Below, one piece after another: positions 17,672-27,977 of a stretch of 64,000 bases of DNA. The notes under the pieces are model-generated. The model ran no database searches, was not told the DNA's origin, and saw only the letters and a program-made list of their open reading frames with translations. This DNA comes from a virus, in IMG/VR virus record IMGVR_UViG_3300047160_020067, positions 27,848 to 91,847 of that record. One strand, written 5' to 3'. Within the stretch, counting starts at the first letter, position 1, and each line of letters starts with the position of its first letter. The position numbers and the translations under genes are program-made.

Positions 17672-17987
17672 CTTGGTGTTCAGTTAGTCCGCAAAGCTTA
17701 GCTGCCGGCGTCCCTCCAGCAAATCCGCTAACTACGCCACGAACCCATCGAAACGGCGTTACAGAAACAACAGTTCCTGCCGCCGCTAACGATGAACCAA
17801 AATTGACCCACGAACCTGCAGCAACGCTTGTTGCGGTACTAGTCGGATCGTTGGACACTTGAATCTGAACGGCGCCTCCGCCGACTGCTTCAACAGTGAC
17901 CGACCAAGTACCATAACGACCAGCAAAAACAGTAGAACCCGGATTATTAGATGCCGGCAGCCCGAGGTCAGCAATTTCAGTTTGCAT
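17652..17987 (-). CDS. Putative virion protein
   Basis: Beta-sandwich-like (IQVSND..WV...PFRWVR); start placed at the ATG after AAGGAG. Confidence 0.55.
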   Translation of the reverse strand: MQTEIADLGLPASNNPGSTVFAGRYGTWSVTVEAVGGGAVQIQVSNDPTSTATSVAAGSWVNFGSSLAAAGTVVSVTPFRWVRGVVSGFAGGTPAAKLCGLTEHQGGYGGV

Positions 17988-18001
17988 TACCCTAATCTCC
18001 T

Positions 18002-18400
18002 TTACGGCAACAAACAACGTGGCCGCAGAATAACCGGTAGCGCTGTAATGACAGGTTGTTTAGTTATTCCATCGTTTCGCCAAACATCGTAAACATAACG
18101 GCCTGGCTCTGCTTCATGCGTACTATTTGACGGAATCGTAAAGTTCAACCGACCCGCTCCATCTAATGGTTGCGCTACCCCAACAGCTGCAGCGATTGCC
18201 GTGCCATCTGCAGTACGTTTTTTAATAGTAAGAGTGTACGTTGAAGATGTATCACCGGGTGCGCCGCTTGGCCGAATAACTTGAAGGCGTACCGTTACGT
18301 CTTCACCAGCAGTAAACTGAAGCTGTTTCCCAACGACTGTCGGGACGTCTGGTGCTCTTACGCTACCGTCTTCGATTACGCCTAATAGGTCGATAATCAT
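18002..18400 (-). CDS. BppU N-terminal-like/Ig-like tail protein
   Basis: TLTIKK...G.LNFTIP...PGRYVYDVW. Confidence 0.55.
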   Translation of the reverse strand: MIIDLLGVIEDGSVRAPDVPTVVGKQLQFTAGEDVTVRLQVIRPSGAPGDTSSTYTLTIKKRTADGTAIAAAVGVAQPLDGAGRLNFTIPSNSTHEAEPGRYVYDVWRNDGITKQPVITALPVILRPRCLLP

Positions 18401-18401
18401 A

Positions 18402-19211
18402 TTACGTCCCTATTCCAAATCCTTCGATCCATACGTCATACATTCCTGCGCTAGCCTGGACTACATGCCCAATTCGACGGGAATTGGTGCCTGGTGCTGT
18501 TGAAATAGTTGCTGTGTCCGAAACATAGACGGAAGCTCCTACTGCAGGGCTACCAGTCAGGCCGAAATATAGTCCCATCCAACGAGCATAAATTAGCGCA
18601 CCATTTGCTGGAACCAATGACCCATCAATTCCAGAAACTACTATATACAAATACTCGTCTACGTTGCCTGCGACATTAGCAGGTGCTTTTGTAAGCACGG
18701 GAACTGTTTCTTGACCCGGTAGACCAGTTTTGATTACCGCCGTTCCGCTGATACGAAGAACATCACCTGGTACCAAACCGCCTACTCCAGCCTGACCGAC
18801 AATTAGTCCAGGCTGTGCAATAGTATTATCCAAACGCGACCACATACGATTTGCTGCTTTTGCCCAGCCTTTCGTTGCGTCGTCTTGTGTAGTTTCGGTG
18901 GCGCCTGGTGCACGTTCACGGGTTTTAAGATAACGAATTCCAACAAGTTGCTGATCGCGAACTTCAGTAGCCATGCTCTGATTTACGACTAAAAGAAGCT
19001 CATATGTCCCTTCTTTTTTAGGCGTAAACGTGGGATTCTGAATTGTCGACGAACTAAGAGCATCTGCGGAACCTTCTGGTTGGTCAAGAATGAACCAGTT
19101 ATAGGTTATCTCGCCGCCGGCATTCTGGTTGTCGAGCTGTACAATTGTATTGATTGGCAGGTCATCGTTTGACCCGGCCACCCCGTTGATTTTAATTAGC
19201 GCCTGTGCCAC
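18402..19211 (-). CDS. Virion protein with PKD-like N-terminal domain
   Basis: ITYNW...QPEGS...PTFTPKKEGTYELLLVV. Confidence 0.6.
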   Translation of the reverse strand: MAQALIKINGVAGSNDDLPINTIVQLDNQNAGGEITYNWFILDQPEGSADALSSSTIQNPTFTPKKEGTYELLLVVNQSMATEVRDQQLVGIRYLKTRERAPGATETTQDDATKGWAKAANRMWSRLDNTIAQPGLIVGQAGVGGLVPGDVLRISGTAVIKTGLPGQETVPVLTKAPANVAGNVDEYLYIVVSGIDGSLVPANGALIYARWMGLYFGLTGSPAVGASVYVSDTATISTAPGTNSRRIGHVVQASAGMYDVWIEGFGIGT

Positions 19212-19214
19212 GAG

Positions 19215-20420
19215 CTAATAGCCCCAAGTTGCTTCATAACCGACAATAACGTTAGCCGTTCCGTCGGTGAAGAATGCAGATCCAGTAACCGCGTTGACGC
19301 CAATAATGGCGCACGGCTGACCAATTCCTACATTGATTCCTTGTCCAGCCAAAGCTGACTGGAACGTAGAATTAATAGTATTAGGCCCGCTCACAATGTG
19401 AGTAAAATTAAGCGCGTTTGAAACGCCGGGACCGGCACCTGTAGTAACGAATGCATTGTGTACAAGATTTCCAGTTGGCGGGTCGTACGTATTTACAGAG
19501 GCCGCACCAAGCAAATCTCCAGCAATCAGTACGACAAAAAACGAAAGAGTATTGATAACCGGAGTATTTTTAAACCCGATAAATACTCCAGGCGGTGCAA
19601 CGACTCGTGATAGAGCAATAACTCCGGTTGAGGCGGTATATGTAAACAGGGCGCTTGCTCTGTTTACATTACCAGGAAACAGCAGCGGCCGAAAATCAGA
19701 AATCAATGATCCGGTGATGCTAACAGTTGCAGCCGGAACAAAAATTTCTGCAATTTTAATGTAACCAGGAGATGTAGCCGGAACGTTTGCTGGATTATAT
19801 GAAGTAGTAGCGAAAACGGTTCCCTGTTTATAACTCAAACCGGCAGTTGAATTGGTTGGAGCTACAACACTACCTGTATGAGAATCGAGAGCAAATTCTA
19901 GTGTCTTATCAACCGTTGACGGGGAAAAAATCCCAGTACCGGTATTCAATACGTCTCGTGAAAGCGGGTTTGTTAGCACACGAGAAGCCGTCACTTCGAT
20001 GATGTCGATACGCGAATTGCCGGCTGCCGGTGCAGCTGGAACCGTAAACGTAAAATCAGACAAAAGCGGCAAGGGCTTGTATCGATCAAGGTCATCTAGC
20101 CCCAGCACCGTTCCGACTGAAGAGAGGATAGCTGCCGATCCATCGACTAGGGTTCCAGCGGCAACATCTTGAAAGCCAAGCCCAGACTTTACAACGACAG
20201 TCATGGCCGGAATGCCGCTTGGCGATACCATTAGTCCGCCACCGAGAAACCCAGACTTTTGTTGGATCCCTGGATTCGTAGACCCTATGCGCCCAGCCAG
20301 AATGTGCTGGGCGTAAAACCGTAGTGCACGGTCAAGTTGTGATTCAGCCTGGTTGATATCCGAACTTAAAGGCCGCTCCCTGGGATTTATAACTGTTCTA
20401 TCAAAGGGGTTATTGGCCAT
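19215..20420 (-). CDS. Tail fibre/baseplate attachment protein
   Basis: RIDIIEV, YIKIAEIFVPA motifs; follows the baseplate genes. Confidence 0.6.
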   Translation of the reverse strand: MANNPFDRTVINPRERPLSSDINQAESQLDRALRFYAQHILAGRIGSTNPGIQQKSGFLGGGLMVSPSGIPAMTVVVKSGLGFQDVAAGTLVDGSAAILSSVGTVLGLDDLDRYKPLPLLSDFTFTVPAAPAAGNSRIDIIEVTASRVLTNPLSRDVLNTGTGIFSPSTVDKTLEFALDSHTGSVVAPTNSTAGLSYKQGTVFATTSYNPANVPATSPGYIKIAEIFVPAATVSITGSLISDFRPLLFPGNVNRASALFTYTASTGVIALSRVVAPPGVFIGFKNTPVINTLSFFVVLIAGDLLGAASVNTYDPPTGNLVHNAFVTTGAGPGVSNALNFTHIVSGPNTINSTFQSALAGQGINVGIGQPCAIIGVNAVTGSAFFTDGTANVIVGYEATWGY

Positions 20421-20423
20421 CTC

Positions 20424-21653
20424 TTATTCTCCCTGCCGTTCAATAATAGCGGCTACTCCAGCCGGCTTGATGCTCTGTAAGAGGTCGAAAAGACCGCGGT
20501 TTACGGCCGCCGCGCCAAAATCAAAGCCATCATAACTACCCTGCAATATAGCAGGGTTTAGGGCGCTCGTCACGTCATAGGCATTTACAGCGCGTTGTCC
20601 ATTTACGGTTCCCGGTATTAGCAAATCTTGTGGGGTAAGCGCCGTATCGTCATAGGCCATACCGATATCGTGCAATGTAAATAAAGGTAAAACGACGATA
20701 AAGGCGCCGCGTGCTTCCGTTTCATCGAGCCAGCGATTTCTAAATGGAACGATTGGCCTAGGGTCGTCGTAGCAAAACAAATTTGGGTCAAAGGTCCCAG
20801 AACCTGGTGTTGCTACCTGAACTAGACTAACCTGATTCGCATCCCAACAAGTTTGATAGCGCAACTCGAATGTTTCGATGAAGTCAAACGTTGGGTTGAT
20901 TAAAACTTGCTTAAGATATGCTAGTATACTTCGTTTCATCGCATCGGGACTAACCGTATCTGGCAATGTTCTGATACGAAATTTGTACTGATCGTCAGTT
21001 TCTCCGTCGTGCCGAATTAAGCCTCTATCATCTCCTAGACCATCTAACATAGGAGCCTGCCCACCATCCGCGAATGCAATTTGTTCTACGCGAATTGTGG
21101 GATCTCCAAATGGTGGATCAGTGTCCAACGATACGATTGTGTCGATTTCGCCTGGCAGTATTTCGCCATTCGCCGCAGTAACTTGTCCGGGAACATTCCA
21201 CTGCCATCCCGAAGCTACAGCCTCTGCAGGAACATCAACAAAGAGGTCGTTACTGCCACCAAATGTTAAAATAGCATCTCGAGATGTGACGAAACGCCGG
21301 TCTCCTTTACTGGTCGTAATAACGGTGCCTGTTTTAACCGTAACTTGACCAGCAAGAGCCGAACTTCGAGTAAATCTAACGATTACCGTTGCTTTGCGGC
21401 CGCCGAAAGAGGTTAAGATATATGCGCCACATGCAAGGTGCTCAACGGCAGTAGAGGCACGCACCAATACTTGTGCGTACGCTTGAAGCATTTCGTAACC
21501 CGGGCCCGCGCCGCTTTTAATGGGGTCGAGCCAGCTTGGTGACGTTACGCGAGCAAATAGGTCAAGAATTTCGTCTTGGGTAAGCGCAGTAATGGCACAG
21601 TTCTCGTTAGTTCCAAAAGGAAACGCTAAAGGTGTGCCTAGAGTGCCAGACAT
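20424..21653 (-). CDS. Baseplate wedge protein (J/I-like)
   Basis: VKTGTVITT, LDGLGDDRGLIRHDGETDDQYKFRI. Confidence 0.65.
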   Translation of the reverse strand: MSGTLGTPLAFPFGTNENCAITALTQDEILDLFARVTSPSWLDPIKSGAGPGYEMLQAYAQVLVRASTAVEHLACGAYILTSFGGRKATVIVRFTRSSALAGQVTVKTGTVITTSKGDRRFVTSRDAILTFGGSNDLFVDVPAEAVASGWQWNVPGQVTAANGEILPGEIDTIVSLDTDPPFGDPTIRVEQIAFADGGQAPMLDGLGDDRGLIRHDGETDDQYKFRIRTLPDTVSPDAMKRSILAYLKQVLINPTFDFIETFELRYQTCWDANQVSLVQVATPGSGTFDPNLFCYDDPRPIVPFRNRWLDETEARGAFIVVLPLFTLHDIGMAYDDTALTPQDLLIPGTVNGQRAVNAYDVTSALNPAILQGSYDGFDFGAAAVNRGLFDLLQSIKPAGVAAIIERQGE

Positions 21654-21656
21654 GGC

Positions 21657-22022
21657 CTAATCTAGCCTATCCTTTGCGTCAACAATGGCGCAAGCTAGTG
21701 GCAAAAGTTGGTATGCTACCGACGGATGAACCCCGTATCCCGGAATGACCTGTACGCCTTGTTTAGTTGCGCTCAATTGCTTTGGGCTTTCTACAGCGCT
21801 TTTCAATAGACGCCAATCTTCCTCTGCCAGGGCAAGAATTTTCTCACCTGCATCAACAGCGCGCATAATCGCAGCTTGTGCACGGACATTACTAAAACTT
21901 TCACCCCACATCGGATTGTTCATTAGGTTGGTTACGAAATCTCGAAATGAAACCTCAACGCCTTCGCCGCCGCTGCTTTTAAGCGTTACCGATTCTGGAA
22001 CTACAACAAATCGTTGCGGCAT
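21657..22022 (-). CDS. Putative tail fibre assembly chaperone
   Basis: Small helical protein directly after a fibre gene. Confidence 0.45.
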   Translation of the reverse strand: MPQRFVVVPESVTLKSSGGEGVEVSFRDFVTNLMNNPMWGESFSNVRAQAAIMRAVDAGEKILALAEEDWRLLKSAVESPKQLSATKQGVQVIPGYGVHPSVAYQLLPLACAIVDAKDRLD

Positions 22023-22033
22023 TTTATCTCTCC

Positions 22034-23335
22034 TTATGGGTTATACGCTGGGACTACAAACGTTCCACCAGCGCTATCTCGTACCTTCAAATATTTTGCT
22101 GGTAACGCTGGTAGAGCAGATGCGCCACCGGCTGCACCCACCGTAGATTGTATATTTGAAGCATTATCCCATTTTGGAATCCCAACCCATTCCACGTCAT
22201 CGCCAAAATGTACAAGTCCTGAACCTGTAAAGATGGCCCATGTATTTGAAACACCAGGAATATTTACCCCACCGCTAAGATGATCTTCAATCTTTAGCCC
22301 ATACAAATTTGTGATGTACGGCGAACCAAAATCGTGAATAACTGGTGTTTCTACCCAAGCACTATATGCTGACGTAATAGCCGGTGCGCCGTTACCGTTG
22401 CTCGGCATTTGTAACTGTGCACGATATCCGACCATATTTGTGATTGTGTTCTGGTTGAACGCCGTAGGTTCAGCGTTACAGCCGGCTACTCGTATGTAAG
22501 TTCTGTCTAATCCGTTGGAAACCGGACGAGGGGCAGTATGAACACCATACAAAATATCAGCTGACGATCCAGAGCCCATATTAAAATCCGGCCGCGAAAA
22601 AACACCGTACATTGCCAATGCTGAATCGCCAGTACCAGCATCTGTGCGACCACCAGTAAATAAAGCATAAACATGGCAGTTTGCTAAAGCATTATTGATT
22701 GTCGTGTCAAACGATAAATCCATCCCCGCATATTCGTCACCGTTGCCTGCTAGTGTACGCAAAGAGCCAACAGCACATCCAGTAAATGCTTGTTCAGAAG
22801 GGAACCCCCCATCAAACGCATTTCCAATCACCGTAAGATCGGCCAGGGTACGTAGATATGTAGTACCGCTGTCGGCTTGCACTGCGAACAAAGTATCACC
22901 AATAGGCGCTACATTGTCTTGAATAACGATACCCAGCTTCGTTGGATCAAGAACTATAAGCTGCGGGCCGGCACCGCCTGCATTATATGCAGCTTGTAGC
23001 GTACCACCGCCCCCGCCGCCGCCAACGACGCTATCTGAACCGTTTGTGTGTATGTGCAGACTATGATCGCTCTGCTTAATCCAAATGTATCCTGGTTGTC
23101 CGATACCGCCTAAACCCGAGGGCGCAGGATCAGCGGCCTGTTCGGTCATTGCTAGCCATTTGCCCCCTCGAATCCAATTGCGCACGTCGAGTAAGGATTG
23201 CCCATATGTGTTCCAATCAACGTCTTGAACACCATTGGCGGCAGGCACTAATAGCGGGCTTAGGTTTGTTTTTGGAAATACGGAACCGGATATCGAACCA
23301 AACGGTGTACTTCCGTCTTCAATAAAATTAGGCAT
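22034..23335 (-). CDS. Tail fibre/spike protein
   Basis: Gly hinge GGGGGGGTLQAAY followed by a beta-rich body. Confidence 0.6.
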   Translation of the reverse strand: MPNFIEDGSTPFGSISGSVFPKTNLSPLLVPAANGVQDVDWNTYGQSLLDVRNWIRGGKWLAMTEQAADPAPSGLGGIGQPGYIWIKQSDHSLHIHTNGSDSVVGGGGGGGTLQAAYNAGGAGPQLIVLDPTKLGIVIQDNVAPIGDTLFAVQADSGTTYLRTLADLTVIGNAFDGGFPSEQAFTGCAVGSLRTLAGNGDEYAGMDLSFDTTINNALANCHVYALFTGGRTDAGTGDSALAMYGVFSRPDFNMGSGSSADILYGVHTAPRPVSNGLDRTYIRVAGCNAEPTAFNQNTITNMVGYRAQLQMPSNGNGAPAITSAYSAWVETPVIHDFGSPYITNLYGLKIEDHLSGGVNIPGVSNTWAIFTGSGLVHFGDDVEWVGIPKWDNASNIQSTVGAAGGASALPALPAKYLKVRDSAGGTFVVPAYNP

Positions 23336-23339
23336 TTAC

Positions 23340-24548
23340 CTAAACCTCCGTGAATGCGTCTGGATTCGACGTTAGCGCCAAAGGCGTTCCTGTCTGACTC
23401 GAGATAGCAACAACTAGTGATAGAGATGTTCTCAAAACCTGAAGTGGTCTAGTCGTTACGTTACCAGGAGGACTAGCAACCTCATTACCTGTGATAAACA
23501 GACCGCCAATTGTTCGCAACGCGTTTACGGCATTTTGACGTATGAACGGCGCGCCAGGACTAAGGGAATTGACGTAACTGACTACGATAGAACGCGCCTC
23601 TTCGGCGGTCGCATCAGCATCCGCCCCGGCTTGAAATGTAAGAACAAGTTGAATCGGTTGAAGAACCACCTGTGCGACCTCTACTTGAACAAAAATCCCA
23701 GCAGGACGAACATCAGACAGGCCATTAAACACCGCCAGCGCCAACTGCTTAGATTGCGCATCATACGTCGGCGGAATTACTGCTAATTTAGCTAGTGCAT
23801 CTGTATATGGATCGCTAACTACTAGCAGTACAAACCTTGCAGGACGCCCCAAAGCATCGATGACCTCAAATGCGGTTGCTGTTCTAACGCCTTGTACCGC
23901 AAGCGCTCCTGCTTCAATAGCAGCAATGGTGCCGCGACGCGCCGTAGTGAAAAATGCCCGAGCGCGCGCGCGTAGGCTGTCGTCAGACTCGTCATCATCC
24001 GCGCCAGAGGTAGCAACAGTATTAGTTACAACGAGACTATTTGGCGCGCCAGAAATTGAATTGATAATACTGATAATCGTTCCAACTGCTGCTTGCTGTG
24101 CCTTGCCTGCAAGAACACTTCGAATAGGGACAAGCACCGGTCCAAGTGTGTTAATTGGAAATTGCACTTGTTGCGTCGTAATGTATTGAATCCCATCTGT
24201 CGACGCCAACAACGTTCCAGAGGGGATTATAAATGCTGCAACCGTTGGGGTAGATACACTAAATGCTACCGAACCGAGTGCCGGTGACGCGGATTTACGA
24301 ACCAGCCCATACCGATCAAATACAATACGGTCTAACGCTTGACCTTCGGCCGAGTCTAGAAATAATCCGGCTTCCACGTCAACGAGTTGATCTATTACTT
24401 GTTCAGCTGCGGTTGCTGATAACGCGTTTAGGATATTTGCATCTGTACCCTCCCGCTCAATGACTTCGCGAGTGAGTTTACCTTGACGAATAAGGGCTTC
24501 ATCGCGCCCGGCTCGGAAGAGATCATCGAATGTAGGAAAATCAGACAT
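23340..24548 (-). CDS. Baseplate J-like protein
   Basis: LDSAEGQALD, GADDDESDDSLRAR, RGTIAAIE. Confidence 0.85.
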   Translation of the reverse strand: MSDFPTFDDLFRAGRDEALIRQGKLTREVIEREGTDANILNALSATAAEQVIDQLVDVEAGLFLDSAEGQALDRIVFDRYGLVRKSASPALGSVAFSVSTPTVAAFIIPSGTLLASTDGIQYITTQQVQFPINTLGPVLVPIRSVLAGKAQQAAVGTIISIINSISGAPNSLVVTNTVATSGADDDESDDSLRARARAFFTTARRGTIAAIEAGALAVQGVRTATAFEVIDALGRPARFVLLVVSDPYTDALAKLAVIPPTYDAQSKQLALAVFNGLSDVRPAGIFVQVEVAQVVLQPIQLVLTFQAGADADATAEEARSIVVSYVNSLSPGAPFIRQNAVNALRTIGGLFITGNEVASPPGNVTTRPLQVLRTSLSLVVAISSQTGTPLALTSNPDAFTEV

Positions 24549-24559
24549 TTTTCTCCACT

Positions 24560-25393
24560 TTACAGCATTACTACTGCGTCTTGATTAACTCGGAACGGCA
24601 TATTGATATCTTGTCCTGTAGTCTTTAGCCGTGCGCGAATGATAACTGTTATGATATGATTGACAGCGTCGACTGACACCGTCACGCTGGCAACATCAAC
24701 TTCCGGTTCTTTGAGAACCTGATCCTTGATAACTTTTTCTAATCTAGAAACATTGGTCTGCGGCATAGGTTCTTTCACTGCGAGACCAACGCCATAGTCA
24801 GGTAAGTGACTAAATTCGCCGGGGCGAGTAATCAGCCGCCGTAGAATTAACTTTTTTAAAAGATCTGTACCTTCAACCGTTGCGTAATCCCTGCCTATAA
24901 TTTGAAGTGTTCCGCCTAGCTGTGTACCTGTCATAGCCGGCGGATTCGCTAAATCGCGAATTGCGGCACGCTTAGAGGAAACAATACGGTCAATCTGGTC
25001 CTCAAAAGCCTGAATCCCTAGAAATGTGGCCGTACTTCCGGAAAAAGTAATTGGTTCTCCGGTTGCGGTCACTACTGCGGAAGTGCTTATTTGGTAGGTA
25101 ACAGATTTATCTGCTAGTTTTTCGAGCAGGAAAATGTCAAACGTAAAGGGTAAATTATATGGCTCTACAGTTAGTACTGTAGACATTACATTTGTGTCTA
25201 GTCGCTTAACCGCCCATAGTGCAGGATTTAGAACGTCACCGGGGCCCGTCGACGATTCGTGCAGTGGTTCGATATTGAATGTAACCCGGACGACACGAAT
25301 ACCCGCCGCAAATGCATTGGTAATTGCGAAACCCGACGCTTCTGCGCCGTAGGCATTGGTTCCGTATTTATCGTGGCCGTATCCTAGACTCAT
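24560..25393 (-). CDS. Baseplate wedge gp25/W-like protein with N-terminal extension
   Basis: RRLITRPGEFSHLPDYGVGL...EPEV. Confidence 0.75.
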   Translation of the reverse strand: MSLGYGHDKYGTNAYGAEASGFAITNAFAAGIRVVRVTFNIEPLHESSTGPGDVLNPALWAVKRLDTNVMSTVLTVEPYNLPFTFDIFLLEKLADKSVTYQISTSAVVTATGEPITFSGSTATFLGIQAFEDQIDRIVSSKRAAIRDLANPPAMTGTQLGGTLQIIGRDYATVEGTDLLKKLILRRLITRPGEFSHLPDYGVGLAVKEPMPQTNVSRLEKVIKDQVLKEPEVDVASVTVSVDAVNHIITVIIRARLKTTGQDINMPFRVNQDAVVML

Positions 25394-25394
25394 G

Positions 25395-25601
25395 TTATTG
25401 GATCACCGGTGCCGCTTTCACAATAACTACCGTACCGCCTTGTGGGTCCGGAACGGCGAATGAACTGATATCTGCGTGCCCCTGAACCTCAGTAATTATA
25501 GCTTGTGCAAAACGCGTAAATACGTCCAAACGATTCTGCTTATCCGGTGCCGAATCAATCGCTGCCTTTAGAGCTGCTCCTAATCTGTTAGCATCTAGCA
25601 T
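25395..25601 (-). CDS. Small baseplate/spike-associated protein
   Basis: Position after the spike gene. Confidence 0.5.
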   Translation of the reverse strand: MLDANRLGAALKAAIDSAPDKQNRLDVFTRFAQAIITEVQGHADISSFAVPDPQGGTVVIVKAAPVIQ

Positions 25602-25607
25602 ATTTGC

Positions 25608-26183
25608 CTACTTTTTAGCCTTCACAACGCTTGATGTGTTTCCCAGGGCCGTATATGAAATCCCTGTGAACGGGTCAATACCAGAACCATGAACTACGCC
25701 ATCGTTTGGCCCTAAGCCCTCCTGCCCGAGTTCAACCCCTTGACCATTCTTATCGATAACTACCTTACCACCATTTTCTACAACAATTCTGATGGTTTGT
25801 CCAGCCTTTACGTGTATAACCGGATCATTTGGGTTACTTTGTGCCTCCGCTGGCGTTGGGTCGGATTTAGACCATAGCCTAGCGACTATAACTCCACCCT
25901 CATTTGTTTGCCCTTGCGGGTACGCGATAAGAACTTCGTCGTCGATTTCGACAGGCATCCAATTACCGAAATTAGGCCCGGCGTAACCTCCAGGAACTCG
26001 AACTGTATCAGGTTGCTCGCTGGGTAACAACGTAACATCAGCAAAGGCGCCACCAGGCTCGACTTTGACTGCGGATACGATCCCTAACGAAAGCCAAACC
26101 CGTGGGTCAATGCCGGGCTTAGACACAGCATCACCTAATCTATTGGTGTCTAGCAATCCCGTTACGCGACTGCGCGGTAGCAT
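25608..26183 (-). CDS. Baseplate spike (gpV/gp5 OB-fold)
   Basis: MPVEIDDEVLIAYPQG..GVIVARLWS. Confidence 0.8.
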   Translation of the reverse strand: MLPRSRVTGLLDTNRLGDAVSKPGIDPRVWLSLGIVSAVKVEPGGAFADVTLLPSEQPDTVRVPGGYAGPNFGNWMPVEIDDEVLIAYPQGQTNEGGVIVARLWSKSDPTPAEAQSNPNDPVIHVKAGQTIRIVVENGGKVVIDKNGQGVELGQEGLGPNDGVVHGSGIDPFTGISYTALGNTSSVVKAKK

Positions 26184-27977
26184 TTATTTCCTCCCCACGC
26201 TAGCAACCTCACGTTTTGGCCGTTTGGTAATCGGAACTTGAAAGCACGGTTCAAGATTACGCGCCTCAACGTAATTTTGATAATCAAACGCTAGAGATAG
26301 CCCGCTCGTGCCCCAAGTGAACCGTACATTGGCAACCCTAAAGAACCGCTGCAACTCAGTAGCTCTGCTAGTCGCAAGAATAGCACGAGCCAGTTTCTCG
26401 TCTCCTACGCGCTCTTTGACCTTTTTGACGGCGGATTCAAAATCGAGGCGATTCAAATCGGTAAACTCGTTTATGAGCGGTAAAATTGAAGTAATTGGCC
26501 GCACATCTGGGATTAGTTCAACAGTATCACCTGGTCGCAGACGCACAAGGTCTGGATCTTGATTGTCCCCCCCGAACGACGCTAGGTTTTCTGTCTCAAC
26601 GGACCCGCCCATTTCCCCCCGCCCGATTTCTTCGTAAACGTCCTTAGCTATGCGGCGTAGGACATTTATATCGTTAATACCGTGTATCGGTATTTTCAAA
26701 ACATCGGCCTCTGCGTGTGTGCCAGATGACGCAACATGCGTTTTTTTAGCCGCCGTTACCTTTTTTGTTCCATCACAATCTATATCCGTTGGCCAATCAG
26801 CGATTAGCAGTTTCTGTTTGCCTCGATTGGGATTAGAAGTATCCATACATACAGCGCGTACCGTTTTCGGTACGAAGCCGACATATTTACGCTCAAATTT
26901 AAGAGTTTTTATATCCCGCCCGTATACAAGTTTTCGAACCTTCCAATCATTAGGTATGTTATCGTCGTGTCGAGCCAAACCATTCTTAAATGGGGACTTC
27001 AGGTTGGACTCGCCATTATTATTGTGTACTTTTGTAAACAAAGACCGTGCGGGTCGAACACGCAGCTTGTTTACGTGAAAATATGGAATTGCCCCAACCA
27101 GAAAACAATAGTTAGTAATGAGATCCCAATAATTGAGGTTTCCAGCCCCAGCCGGCATCAGAGATGGACTTCGCCCATTGGCGCCAAGGTTTACTCTAGT
27201 GATACCAGACGCAGTAGCTGGGCTTGGAATTACCTGGCCCTCCCAGTCTTCTTCTAACGCCTCTACAACGAATCGATCTCCAAACGGATGCCGGGAAAGA
27301 ATTTGCTTAATGACTTTATCGATCGATTTGGTTAGATCCAAATTAGCCATAAGCCGAAGATTTGTGACTTTGCTGTCTAGCAAAATTCCACGCAAATCCC
27401 GACCAGTGATTCGAATCGTGCTCATACTTCCTGAAAGTTCTGAGCACGCATCGTCGACGATTCCGACTAGAACAGTGTTGTCGTCAGTTGGATCCAACAT
27501 TGAACGTCGTCGGGCGCTACCAGTTGTGTTGGTCCGATTTCCAATTTGTTGAAAGTTATTTGGCGATATTCGTTGTCGCATGCCAGCCGCAAATTCAGAT
27601 GATTCAACCGCGTCAAGGTGTATTCTCACGCTTGCGGCACGTATTAGACGGGGATCGATAGGCAAGTCTTGATATTCGAAAGTCATATCGAACCGCCAAG
27701 CCTGGCGGTAGCCTGTCAATTCGACGTTCATTGTTTGTGGAATCCTACCTACAACAAACGAAAGATTGTCAGATTGGCCTCCAATAATAGATGGAACATT
27801 TGCCGCCTTAGTGGCTGCAACGGTCGCCGTATTAGGCTTGTCTGATAGGTCATCAGACGATTGTGCGTTAGGGCCAAAAACAGAAGTCAATGCCTCATCG
27901 AAGCGCAGCGTAAAATTGACGAGTGCGCTTGGATAATATACAGGCGGAAACGGTTTTTGGACGCTACCAACCGGCAT
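26184..27977 (-). CDS. Baseplate hub (gpD/gp27-like)
   Basis: GIVDD...IRITGRDLRGILLD; position between the LysM protein and the spike. Confidence 0.7.
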   Translation of the reverse strand: MPVGSVQKPFPPVYYPSALVNFTLRFDEALTSVFGPNAQSSDDLSDKPNTATVAATKAANVPSIIGGQSDNLSFVVGRIPQTMNVELTGYRQAWRFDMTFEYQDLPIDPRLIRAASVRIHLDAVESSEFAAGMRQRISPNNFQQIGNRTNTTGSARRRSMLDPTDDNTVLVGIVDDACSELSGSMSTIRITGRDLRGILLDSKVTNLRLMANLDLTKSIDKVIKQILSRHPFGDRFVVEALEEDWEGQVIPSPATASGITRVNLGANGRSPSLMPAGAGNLNYWDLITNYCFLVGAIPYFHVNKLRVRPARSLFTKVHNNNGESNLKSPFKNGLARHDDNIPNDWKVRKLVYGRDIKTLKFERKYVGFVPKTVRAVCMDTSNPNRGKQKLLIADWPTDIDCDGTKKVTAAKKTHVASSGTHAEADVLKIPIHGINDINVLRRIAKDVYEEIGRGEMGGSVETENLASFGGDNQDPDLVRLRPGDTVELIPDVRPITSILPLINEFTDLNRLDFESAVKKVKERVGDEKLARAILATSRATELQRFFRVANVRFTWGTSGLSLAFDYQNYVEARNLEPCFQVPITKRPKREVASVGRK

